Assembly (NCBI GenBank): GCA_051439605.1
Contig: JBFRWN010000013.1
Coordinates: forward strand, 62,123-126,122
Length of the DNA stretch: 64,000 nucleotides
Reading direction: 5' to 3'
From: Synechococcus sp.
Lineage (GTDB): Bacteria > Cyanobacteriota > Cyanobacteriia > Thermostichales > PCC-7336
The notes beneath the pieces were generated by a model. It worked only from the letters and a program-made list of their open reading frames with translations. It made no database searches and was not told the origin of the DNA. Positions 1-9,312 of this stretch are shown here, in pieces (positions within the stretch are counted from its first letter, which is position 1; each line of letters starts with the position of its first letter). The position numbers and the translations under genes were made by a program.

Positions 1-564
1 TCTGAAGTGTACGCCCAAGCTAGGGATGCAGCCTCAGGAGTTGGTTTATCCATCGAACCCTTTAATCAATTTGAGCCCTGGTTTTTTGCGGTTACTCTTT
101 CAGCCCAAAAGTTGGTTCAGCTGGGTTTTACTCCAAACAGTGGTGTGGAGATGTATCTATACAACCAGGCATTGAGTAGCGGAAAAGGGGTGTCCGGTTT
201 AGAAACGGTGACGGAGCAACTGAGTTTTTTAGATAACTTATCCCCCGCTGCCCAGCGGGATTTTGTTACCCAGACAGTACAGGAGGTGGAGCTGTTGGGG
301 ACAGTCCTAGACCCAATGGTGCAATCTTGGAAGGCTGGAGATGTGGAGCAGTTTGAAGACTTAACCGAGGCGAGTTTTGGTGGGGCATCCGAAATTCAAG
401 ACAGATTGCTAACGCAGCGCAATCACAATTGGATGCCCCAGATCGAATCTCTACTCAATCAAACCGACGATTATTTAGTGGTGGTAGGTTCAGCTCATAT
501 GGTGACCGACAGCGGTCTCATTAATCTGTTAGAAGCGAAAGGCTATTCCGTTCAGCAGCGCTAG
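1..564 (+). CDS. TraB/GumN family protein (5' partial)
   Basis: Frame open from base 1; GVE..L, GLET..EQL, RN..W and VVVGSAH motifs. Confidence 0.85.
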   Translation, partial: SEVYAQARDAASGVGLSIEPFNQFEPWFFAVTLSAQKLVQLGFTPNSGVEMYLYNQALSSGKGVSGLETVTEQLSFLDNLSPAAQRDFVTQTVQEVELLGTVLDPMVQSWKAGDVEQFEDLTEASFGGASEIQDRLLTQRNHNWMPQIESLLNQTDDYLVVVGSAHMVTDSGLINLLEAKGYSVQQR

Positions 565-596
565 TCACTTAGGTTGTATGCTCCAACAGCTCTTCC

Positions 597-2303
597 TCAG
601 CCGACCTGTTCCTCTCGAGGACAGCGCTCTGAACGACTGACCCATAGCCGTTCCCAATTTTTAGCAGCCATCATCAAATACAGTACGGCTCCATTTTCCA
701 ACCGACTTGCCAACAGTTCATGGCCGTGAATTCGCTTGCCATTCTTTTCTAGATAAAGGGGTGTAAAGCCTTCCGTGGCTGCAGATTCACTGAGACGTCT
801 GTCGTGGAGGGGATGCCGAGGGGTCACTAAGGTGGCGATCGCAATCCACAAGCCATTGGAGGTGAGGCAATTGCCAAAGACCCTTCCACCGATTGCAGCA
901 GCAGAAAAAGCTGGTGCTGCCAGTTCGGTCGGGCTCATCACCATATCAAAGTCAAACACTGTTTGAATTTGTCGGGCAAATTTTGGATCGTGCACCCGAA
1001 CTAGCACCGGCAGACGAGGGGCCAAGCTTTTGGCAATGATGGCAATTTCAAGATTGACCGTATCGTTGCTGGTGACGGCCAGTAGCGAAGCAGCTTTATG
1101 AATATTCGCAGCCTTGAGCGTATCTGGGACGCTGGCATCCCCAATTAAAAACGGGATCTTTTGATTCCTTGCCGCACCTAAATAGCGACTATTCGGATCG
1201 CACTCAATCGCGACCTGCTCGATACCGATATCTCTGAACTGCTCTAAAATCTTGACCCCCACCCCCCCCAGACCGCATAAAATGTGGTGTCCGCTGTTGG
1301 GCAACTGGATGGCGGTCCAAAGCTTTTGCAAGTGCATGCCCAAAATAAAATCATTCAGCAACGCGTAACAGATGCCAATTACTCCAGCACCCACAAGCAT
1401 CATCACGGCTGTGAAAACTTTGACGAGTGCCGAGGCTTGCTCTGCCACCTCCTCCTGCCCGCCAGCCCCGGTGATCATTCCCATCGAGAAATACAGAGCA
1501 TCGACCCAGGATATTTCCGAATTGCTGCTGATATAGGTTAGGGTTGCTACACCTATGGTGAGCATGAGTGCTAACAGAACCCACAGTACCGCTTGACCTT
1601 GGTGACGTACCTGCACAAAGCTGCCCAGCAATCGTCGCATGCGAAACTTCAGGGGCGAGCGTCGCTGCCGTTGGGATGGACGGTTCGATAGCACCAACCG
1701 ATCGCCCACCTCCAAGACATGCCCCTCCCGAACACCGGTCATTAAGTCCATATTGGACGTGGCAGAACGGTACGCAATCAGCATGCGGGTGGGGTTTTCC
1801 CAAAGGGCCTGTAGCGATCGCCCACACCAAGGATGATCGGCTGCGATCGTTTGCTCTTCAATTGGCCAGTTGTAGTTAAACAGATGAAGCTGTCCGATCG
1901 CCCGATTGCCAAGGGCATTAAATGCAAAGATCGGGGCTACCAGAGACGTAACGCTCATGGATAAATGATCGGGCAATGTCCGATCTAAGCGCTCGCCCAA
2001 GCGGCTGTTAAACAATCGATTGACAATCCTGATATTGGGGTTGAGCAATCGGGCTTGGGTCATGACTGCAAGATTTAATGCATCGTCATTGCTGGCCAGC
2101 AATAGAGTTTGGGCGTTATGTATGCCAGCAGCGATCAACGTCTTTTCTAAACGTATATCGCCAACGATGATGTCGTCGCGATCGCTGGGCAAAGGACGTT
2201 CGCTAATGCCAACAACATTAATATCCTGCTGCTTGAGGATGGAGAAGATATGATAGCCCGTTCGGCCTAATCCGCAGACGATAACTTGAGGCACTATAAC
2301 CAT
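597..2303 (-). CDS. Potassium channel-like protein with two TrkA-N (RCK) domains
   Basis: Two GLGxxG Rossmann motifs flank a TM-pore-TM segment (DALYFSMGMITGAGG); start taken as ATG 2303. Confidence 0.85.
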   Translation of the reverse strand: MVIVPQVIVCGLGRTGYHIFSILKQQDINVVGISERPLPSDRDDIIVGDIRLEKTLIAAGIHNAQTLLLASNDDALNLAVMTQARLLNPNIRIVNRLFNSRLGERLDRTLPDHLSMSVTSLVAPIFAFNALGNRAIGQLHLFNYNWPIEEQTIAADHPWCGRSLQALWENPTRMLIAYRSATSNMDLMTGVREGHVLEVGDRLVLSNRPSQRQRRSPLKFRMRRLLGSFVQVRHQGQAVLWVLLALMLTIGVATLTYISSNSEISWVDALYFSMGMITGAGGQEEVAEQASALVKVFTAVMMLVGAGVIGICYALLNDFILGMHLQKLWTAIQLPNSGHHILCGLGGVGVKILEQFRDIGIEQVAIECDPNSRYLGAARNQKIPFLIGDASVPDTLKAANIHKAASLLAVTSNDTVNLEIAIIAKSLAPRLPVLVRVHDPKFARQIQTVFDFDMVMSPTELAAPAFSAAAIGGRVFGNCLTSNGLWIAIATLVTPRHPLHDRRLSESAATEGFTPLYLEKNGKRIHGHELLASRLENGAVLYLMMAAKNWERLWVSRSERCPREEQVG

Positions 2304-2637
2304 TGGCCAATCTAAGTAGGTCCCCAAAACCTATGCTGCAGCTTTGTCGGAGACCACCTCATAAACTGCACAATATATTTAGACTGCACACTAGACTTCA
2401 TCATTGTCTAGCCAATTGGGCAGCTAAATTTTCTTTGACCTTGAGGGGATGAAGTGCAGGCAAACTGCGGAGATATGCAAATTAAACTGGCACAAAACAA
2501 ATGTGCACATGTATCTCCCCGTCTCATCCGAAATTCTTCATTGAGGCTGAAAGCAAGCCCCTTACATAACGAAAACAGTCACAGGACTTGACCGATCGCC
2601 TGTGCCAGAATTGAGGTGGATCGTTAGGTTTACAGCC

Positions 2638-3042
2638 ATGAAAGATATTTACAATTCCACTCAAGAAGATGCAATTTCTCTCTCTTTGTTCATCGTACTG
2701 TTTGTTGTGATTTCACTGATATTGATCTAAATCTGATGGGTCTCGCTGCTCTTCTCTAAGTTTGGGGCTAGCCAAGCAAAGATGTGGGGCTATGGTACCG
2801 ACCGTGAAATCCGATAAAGCCACAATCCAAGGCTAGGGGTTGGGTTAAGCTTCGAGGCTATACCTTGTTTTATTCCTGCGATCGGCATCCAGACTCTTGC
2901 CAACCTTCGAATTGCTAAGCAATGTCGCTCGGGTTCCGAAACCAAATCAGTCTGGCGAATCGTAGCAATAATGCATCTAATATTTGGAGCACTAGGCATA
3001 GAGAGGACAAACACTGTTGCGGGGTCAGCTTATAGACTATAG
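2638..3042 (+). pseudogene. Possible decayed membrane-protein gene, or a 30-aa single-TM peptide (2638-2730)
   Basis: ATG 2638 frame reads MKDIYNSTQEDAISLSLFIVLFVVISLILI*I*WVSLLFSK... with hydrophobic segments and 3 internal stops. Confidence 0.3.
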
Positions 3043-3179
3043 GCTCCATGAACCTTTGGGACTCGCGGGTTAAATTTACAAATCAACTATTGGTGTGTTT
3101 TTGACATGATTCGCCTGGGTGGCAGGGTATTTCAGCGCAAGTCCCTGAATTGTACGATCTGAAGCAGAAGATCGTGAAC

Positions 3180-3201
3180 GCCCTTCAAAACCCAGAAGGG
3201 C
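3180..3201 (-). terminator. Hairpin downstream of the peroxiredoxin gene
   Basis: GCCCTTC-N8-GAAGGGC inverted repeat. Confidence 0.4.
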
Positions 3202-3216
3202 TTATTCGCAAGCAAT

Positions 3217-3852
3217 TTACTTGTTCGGTTGCGGAGTCATTCTTAGATAGGGCTTAACCTCCGTCACCCCCTTGGGAAATTTTACTTGGGCATCAGTAGT
3301 TGAAATTGCAGGGGAAACCACTACATCTTCTCCATCTTGCCAATTAACTGGAGTCGCTACGCTGTAGTTATCCGTCAACTGAAGAGAGTCGAGCACCCTT
3401 AGGATTTCACCAAAATTTCGGCCAGTGCTAGGAGGGTACGTGATGGTTAGACGTACTTTTTTGTTGGGGTCGATGACGAAAACCGTGCGAACCGTCACTT
3501 TCGCATTGGCATTCGGGTGAATCATTCCATATAAATTGGCAACTGATTTGTCCTCATCGGCAATGATGGGGTAGTTCACACTGCAACTTTGTGTCTCATC
3601 AATGTCCCCAATCCAGCCGTTGTGGGACTCAACGCCATCAACACTTAACGCAATCACCTTGGCATTGCGTTCGGCAAACGCAGACTTTAGTTTGGCAACC
3701 TCCCCTAATTCTGTGGTGCATACAGGGGTAAAGTCTGCGGGATGAGAGAAGAAGACGACCCAGCTGTCCCCAGCCCAGTCATAGAAAGAGATATCGCCAG
3801 AGGTGGACTTTTGAGTGAAATTCGGAGCAGTATCACCAAGTTGGAGTGACAT
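3217..3852 (-). CDS. 1-Cys peroxiredoxin (Prx6 family)
   Basis: SHPADFTPVCTTE active site; YPPSTGRNF motif. Confidence 0.95.
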   Translation of the reverse strand: MSLQLGDTAPNFTQKSTSGDISFYDWAGDSWVVFFSHPADFTPVCTTELGEVAKLKSAFAERNAKVIALSVDGVESHNGWIGDIDETQSCSVNYPIIADEDKSVANLYGMIHPNANAKVTVRTVFVIDPNKKVRLTITYPPSTGRNFGEILRVLDSLQLTDNYSVATPVNWQDGEDVVVSPAISTTDAQVKFPKGVTEVKPYLRMTPQPNK

Positions 3853-4121
3853 AAGATGTCTCCTAGATTCGGAACTGTGTACGTATAACCTGCTAGTTAG
3901 ACATTATTCTGGCACCCACTCCAGTATGCCGATGGGAATTAAGGAGTTTCTTAGGATCGCTATATTGAGGAACAACATTTGCCGACCTTTCCTTCCACAG
4001 GTCACTTTTCCGCAAGCTCATCTAGCCTGATTGCTTTGCCGCAAAATTTCGCCGCGCTAGATGAAATCCTAGCAGCACCGCCACATTCGTCAAATGCGAG
4101 CTTCAAATAACCAGTCTCCAG

Positions 4122-4157
4122 AAAAAGAGGTGATATTTGAAAGCTAATACCACCTCT
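4122..4157 (-). terminator. Intrinsic terminator downstream of bioU
   Basis: AGAGGTG...CACCTCT stem with adjacent A5 (U tract on the minus strand). Confidence 0.5.
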
Positions 4158-4187
4158 CAAGCTGAACAAAATGTTTGAAAAAAAGTT

Positions 4188-5201
4188 CTAGACCGTAATG
4201 CTCTGTTGAGATCGAAGCTGGCTGAGTTTGGCAGAAATCGCAGGATTAAACTGGGGCATGACTTGCGCTGCTGTAAAGCAACCATAAATTTTCTGTTGAT
4301 GCAGCCAATGGGCAGATTGCATATAACCCAGAACAGGGCCATTAACATTGGCAGCCATACTGGTCTCATTCCCAAAAGAGAATGTGTGGGTACTTTGTTT
4401 GCCCTCAAACGTAATACCGGTGAGCTTCATAGTGGTTTGCAGGGGTTTGCGAGGATTGCGCGTATCAATAATGCCCCCAACTTTGACGCGCTCGCGGGGG
4501 CAAACTCCTGCCATCTCCAACATCAAGTTATCCGCATGTTCCATATTGGTGAGGTGCATTAAGCCATTGGTTTTATCCAGCAGCGCATCGATTTCCTCAT
4601 CAGACAATGATTGTGCCATACCTATATTGAAGCCATCCATGTGGCCAATATCCTCGCGAATGGTGCCTCGGTAGCGATCCCAGTTATCAATGCCGACACC
4701 AAATTGAATATCTACTGACAGGACTTCTACATAACTTTGAGCGGCCAAAGCAGCAGCTGAGGTCAGTACACCAGGTGTTGCACCTGCTCCCGTTATGTAA
4801 GTGATACCGGCAGCCTTTAATGCCTCCGATCGATCGAGCACCATCTCCATGGCAGAGGTGCGCTTGATGGCGTCTGCCACCACCCCTTTAAATCCCGATG
4901 CAATTAAGCGATCGATGACAGAGGGAATAAAGTCATTGGGAAGATTGGGCAAAGCTAAGAAAATTGCATCAATCTCAGAGCCGCGATCGATGGGGAGTTG
5001 GTCGATCGCCCGTTCGCACAGCACCCCACCTGGCAACATGGCGCATCCATGGAAGTCGTCACCCAAAGGTCCAATTCCATCAGGATCGAATGCATATCCC
5101 GATCGATCCAGAATGGCAACCGCCTTGATGTTCTGTTTGTATTGCACCAATGACAGCATGGAGCGACCCAACCCACCTGTCCCAAAAATTGCCAAACGCA
5201 T
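4188..5201 (-). CDS. bioU: BioU, dehydrogenase-type replacement for BioA in biotin synthesis
   Basis: GTGGLG Rossmann motif, LALPNLPN, DAIKRTSA, GAGATPG, EHAD and ETSMAANV motifs. Confidence 0.85.
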   Translation of the reverse strand: MRLAIFGTGGLGRSMLSLVQYKQNIKAVAILDRSGYAFDPDGIGPLGDDFHGCAMLPGGVLCERAIDQLPIDRGSEIDAIFLALPNLPNDFIPSVIDRLIASGFKGVVADAIKRTSAMEMVLDRSEALKAAGITYITGAGATPGVLTSAAALAAQSYVEVLSVDIQFGVGIDNWDRYRGTIREDIGHMDGFNIGMAQSLSDEEIDALLDKTNGLMHLTNMEHADNLMLEMAGVCPRERVKVGGIIDTRNPRKPLQTTMKLTGITFEGKQSTHTFSFGNETSMAANVNGPVLGYMQSAHWLHQQKIYGCFTAAQVMPQFNPAISAKLSQLRSQQSITV

Positions 5202-5398
5202 TTTCTATATCCCCAAATCTATTCGGCTGCTAATTTTACTTCTGTTCAGCAGTTGAACCCACACTCTAGCCAGAAGAATTCTAGAGGGTACAGCGTTCGT
5301 AACCGTACTGTATCTCCTGAAATCTAATTTCAGCCTGAAGTTCGATCGTCACCAATGTCAGACTGTCAGGCTGGAAAATCGACCGGAGTATTGAGAGC

Positions 5399-6562
5399 CT
5401 ATTTGCCCATACCCAACTGTTGAGCCTTCTGGTAGACCTTGCCCTCGGTAAGCAGAGATGGGGCAATTACAACATCCACCTGCTGCATTTCCTTAATGGT
5501 TCCAGCCCCTAAAGTCCCCATACTAGTTTGAAGAGCCCCCAGCAGATTGTGGGTGCCGTCGTCTAGTTTGGCGGGACCCCGCAGAATCTCTTGAATGGTG
5601 CCCGTTGTACCCACACGGATGCGAGTGCCTCGAGGCAACAAAGGGCTAGGAGTCGCCATTCCCCAGTGATAATCGCCTCCAGGAGCTTCAGCAGCACGGG
5701 CGATGGGGGAACCGATCATGACAGCATCGGCTCCACAAGCGATGCACTTGCAAATGTCGCCGCCTGTTATCAAACCACCATCAGCAATTACAGGGACGTA
5801 GCGTCCCGATTCCTGTTCGTAATCGTCGCGGGCTGCTGTACAGTCCGCCACTGCGGTGGCTTGGGGAACTCCAACTCCCAGCACACCCCGTGACGTGCAG
5901 GCGGCTCCGGGGCCAATACCGACCAAAACCGCTGCTGCGCCAGCCCGCATCAGCTCTAAGGTGACATCGTAGGTGACGCAGTTACCGATCGCCACAGGAA
6001 TGGGCATGTCGCGACAAAACTGCTTCAGGTCAAGCGGAGTAATGCCATCGGGCGCAGTGTGATCGGTGGACACAACTGTCGCCTGTACGAAGTACATGTC
6101 TCCGCCAGCTTCAGCCACTAATGGGCCGTATTTGGCTGCGTTTGCAGGGGTTGAGCTAGCGGCCGCAATGCCCCCCTTTTGCTTAATTTCGCGAATGCGC
6201 TGTTGAATCAGCTCCGGTTTGACTGGCTCGCCGTATAGCTGCTGCATAAGCGGCACAAACTCTGTGGGACCCACGCTCGCAATCTTGTTCAAAATGGGCT
6301 CGGGGTCTTCGTAGCGGGTCTGAATACCGTCGAGGTTGAGAACCCCCAGAGCGCCTAATTCGGAAAGCAGCACTGCCATGCGTACATCCACAACGCCATC
6401 CATCGCGCTGGCAATAATGGGTACCTCCCGCTCGAACCCACCAATGCTCCAGCGAGTGTCGACCACATTGGGATCGAGGGTGCGGTTGCCTGGGCACAGG
6501 GCAATTTCGTCGAAACCGTATGCCCGACGGGCTGTTTTTCCGCGACCTAGTTGAATATCCAC
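5399..6562 (-). CDS. guaB: GuaB3-type IMP dehydrogenase (no CBS domains)
   Basis: ASAMDGVV, catalytic [15 protein letters not shown]; probable start GTG 6562 (MDIQLGRGK). Confidence 0.9.
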   Translation of the reverse strand: MDIQLGRGKTARRAYGFDEIALCPGNRTLDPNVVDTRWSIGGFEREVPIIASAMDGVVDVRMAVLLSELGALGVLNLDGIQTRYEDPEPILNKIASVGPTEFVPLMQQLYGEPVKPELIQQRIREIKQKGGIAAASSTPANAAKYGPLVAEAGGDMYFVQATVVSTDHTAPDGITPLDLKQFCRDMPIPVAIGNCVTYDVTLELMRAGAAAVLVGIGPGAACTSRGVLGVGVPQATAVADCTAARDDYEQESGRYVPVIADGGLITGGDICKCIACGADAVMIGSPIARAAEAPGGDYHWGMATPSPLLPRGTRIRVGTTGTIQEILRGPAKLDDGTHNLLGALQTSMGTLGAGTIKEMQQVDVVIAPSLLTEGKVYQKAQQLGMGK

Positions 6563-6686
6563 GTTAGTGAAACGTCCTCGAGATGCTGAACCGTCATAAC
6601 AGGGTATCAAAGGGATTTTCAGGGTGTCAAAAGCAAAATCGCAGAAGTAAACTTGAAAATTTAGATATTTATAAAGTTTTAATTTC

Positions 6687-7628
6687 TCAGTCAATTTCTC
6701 TAACGAATGGAGAAATTGCTGTTACAAAGCCTCGACTGTTTTCATAGGGCAAGACATTACGACCAGGAATCACGCAGCCATTTGCTTGGGGCAAGCATTC
6801 GAGGTAGTCGTTCAGGCGATCTCCTGCGGGCTCCACCTGGCCAGTTCGGCTAATACTGGAGGCTTGCTCCCCAAAGACGACATAGGTGGGTTGTTGCATG
6901 TTTGCTAAGAGGGGGCGGTAGTCTTTACGCCAAAAGCCTGCAAGAAAGGCAAACACGGCATGACGAGAGGCCATATCCCTCGATCCCCAATGCAGTTGGT
7001 CAAGCCATTCGCGATCGACAGAGGTGGTCTCTGCAAATAATTTCCTCTGAGAGAAAGATTGCAAAAATGCTTCGCGACGAGCATAGCGGTAGAACCCATT
7101 CCCGAGGGGAGATTGAAACAGACTCCAAGCCAGTGTCTGCTGCCATCCTGCTGTAGTTTGGCTCACAATAGACCAGGCGGGTGGTCCAGACCAAATCTGG
7201 GCTGCAATCCAGTCCGCTCCCTTTGAAGGCTGGACGAGTTCCAATGCTACAGGCATCAGCGCTCCCTGGGCCACCACAATGACGGGTTCCTCAATAACAG
7301 ACTCGATAAAGTACAGTAGCTGTTCGGCCCAATCTAAGGGTCGGTAGGCGATCGCTGGCATGTCGCTGTCCCCACAGCCCAGTAGGTCAGGGTTGTAAAT
7401 GGCTCTAGATGGTTCGATCTCGTGCCATGCTGCACAAAACCGATGCCAGAAAGGTCTTGCCAACCCGACCCCAATGGGATGTATCAGCAGGAGGGGAGGC
7501 TGAGTGATACTGCGATCCTTTGGTTCGTGAATTTCGTAGGCACACCGAAAATTTTTCCACTGATAAAACTGAACTGCGGCGGCAGGGGACTGATCAGAGG
7601 GGGATCTGGAAGGTTTGGATGATTGCAC
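6687..7628 (-). CDS. Alpha/beta hydrolase-fold protein with degenerate catalytic motifs
   Basis: LLLIHPIG and PDLLGCGDS fold motifs; nucleophile elbow reads AQGAL; His region reads GRNVLPYE. Confidence 0.8.
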   Translation of the reverse strand: MQSSKPSRSPSDQSPAAAVQFYQWKNFRCAYEIHEPKDRSITQPPLLLIHPIGVGLARPFWHRFCAAWHEIEPSRAIYNPDLLGCGDSDMPAIAYRPLDWAEQLLYFIESVIEEPVIVVAQGALMPVALELVQPSKGADWIAAQIWSGPPAWSIVSQTTAGWQQTLAWSLFQSPLGNGFYRYARREAFLQSFSQRKLFAETTSVDREWLDQLHWGSRDMASRHAVFAFLAGFWRKDYRPLLANMQQPTYVVFGEQASSISRTGQVEPAGDRLNDYLECLPQANGCVIPGRNVLPYENSRGFVTAISPFVREID

Positions 7629-7719
7629 GGTGGCCCGGAAAGAAAGCAGCTTTACATACGGTATCGGATTAATCCCGAACCAACATGGAGCGGAAACACT
7701 TGACTAAGTTCTCTATCGA

Positions 7720-8466
7720 CTATGGGTTTCCGATGCCCTCATGGGAGCGCACAATCTGGTCAATCAGTGGATCGATATGCCGCTTGGCCTCATCCATATT
7801 GGTTGGGAAGAACTGGTGCATATAAGGCAACGAATAAGAGGAAACCACACCGCTGAGCTGTTGGATAAAGCGGGAGGCAGTCGCTAGGATTGGGTCGCTG
7901 GAGTCTAAACCTTCACGACCGTAGGCCACCACCATAGCCAAGACCTCTAGGCCAATGTGATGCGCATAGTTCAAGGAAAGGGTGGTGTGGTTGATGGTCC
8001 CTAAATTGGGGCGAGTCACCAAGACTAACGGCAATTTCCAGCGAATCGCTAAATCTGAAACGGTTAGATGTTGCGTTAGGGGAACCGCTAATCCGCCTGC
8101 TCCCTCCACAACAACGGCATCGCACTGTTGCTGAAGTGCATGAAAGTCGCGATCGAGCTTACATACATCTATATGGACGGGGGGCTTAGATAACTCTGCT
8201 GCCAGTTGTGGTGCGGCTGGAAGTTCTAGGGCATAGCTGCAAAGAGTAAGAGTTTGCGGTGCGAAATGTTCCACAAGCTGGCAATCGGGAGCCAACCATT
8301 GAGAACAATTGGAAGAGGGGCAAGGGTCGGGAAGTGCTCCACTCTGTACGGGTTTGAAGTAACCCACCCTCAACCCTCGCAATGCAAGGACACGACAGAT
8401 TAGGCCACTGACCACCGTTTTACCGACATTGGTATCGGTGCCACCGACAAAAATGCAATGGGTCAT
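7720..8466 (-). CDS. bioD: Dethiobiotin synthase
   Basis: GTDTNVGKT P-loop, FKPVQSG, VEGAGG, LGTINHT. Confidence 0.95.
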   Translation of the reverse strand: MTHCIFVGGTDTNVGKTVVSGLICRVLALRGLRVGYFKPVQSGALPDPCPSSNCSQWLAPDCQLVEHFAPQTLTLCSYALELPAAPQLAAELSKPPVHIDVCKLDRDFHALQQQCDAVVVEGAGGLAVPLTQHLTVSDLAIRWKLPLVLVTRPNLGTINHTTLSLNYAHHIGLEVLAMVVAYGREGLDSSDPILATASRFIQQLSGVVSSYSLPYMHQFFPTNMDEAKRHIDPLIDQIVRSHEGIGNP

Positions 8467-8474
8467 TCTAGAAA

Positions 8475-9002
8475 CTAGCCATGGCTGCGGGGTTGCGTCG
8501 CATCCCCAATTGGCGCACCAAAGGAAGACACCGGACCGGCGACTGTTGCTGTCTGAAGGGGTTGACCGGTTCGTAAAGCCAATAGGTTGCTAGCCACGAT
8601 CGCCTTTGGCTGCTCGCCAATAGCAGTCCCCAAAGATTTTCCTTGGCTATTTAAGAACTCAAAGTGGGGGATGCCATTAACGCGATAGGTGGTGAGCTCG
8701 GGCAGCCATTTTGTGTTGTCCACGTTGAGCATGACGAAATTGATATCTTCACTAAATTCATCTTCCAGCTCTGCCAAAGTTGGAGCCATTGCTCGACAAG
8801 TGGTACACCAATCGGCATAAAACTCGATTAGAGTGGGCTTACCATTGGCTTGAGCCACCTCAATCGGCATAGCTTTAGCGGCGATAGCCTCCAACCCCAC
8901 TTGGCTATCCTGCATTCGGGTTGTTAAAAACAACCCCAATCCCAACAAGACTGCGGCGATCGCAATAGCACTGTTACGCAGCTTTACAGAGATATTTGAC
9001 AA
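8475..9002 (-). CDS. txlA: TxlA/HCF164-like membrane-anchored thiol:disulfide oxidoreductase
   Basis: N-terminal TM helix, EFYADWCTTC, GIPHF, C-terminal PRSHG. Confidence 0.85.
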   Translation of the reverse strand: MSNISVKLRNSAIAIAAVLLGLGLFLTTRMQDSQVGLEAIAAKAMPIEVAQANGKPTLIEFYADWCTTCRAMAPTLAELEDEFSEDINFVMLNVDNTKWLPELTTYRVNGIPHFEFLNSQGKSLGTAIGEQPKAIVASNLLALRTGQPLQTATVAGPVSSFGAPIGDATQPRSHG

Positions 9003-9312
9003 CGCTCATCTCAAAATTCTTCAGTCTCCAGTATGTCACTGCCCGCTAATTCGCGGGTAGGAAACAGGCAGGCAAGGTAGCAAACATTAAATCGAATTTG
9101 TAACAGCTATCCGTTTTCTAAGTTTGTTCATTGGAGTTCAGAGATTCGAGAGTAGATTTTCAAGCTATTGAGATGAGAAATTCTTAGTGTTGGTCAACCT
9201 CGATATCTGGCAAGCCGAACAGAAACCGCTAGAGTAGCACTGTCGGGTTGATTAACCCAGGCTAGCGAGCATTCAGTTCCGTCCATCTTTGCATTCACAC
9301 CTTTCTAGACTT

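Noticed and set aside
5399..6694. N-terminal extensions in track ORFs (guaB; likewise aas, ktrB, nuclease)
   Set aside because: Conserved N-termini begin at downstream starts; the extensions are artefacts of longest-ORF calling
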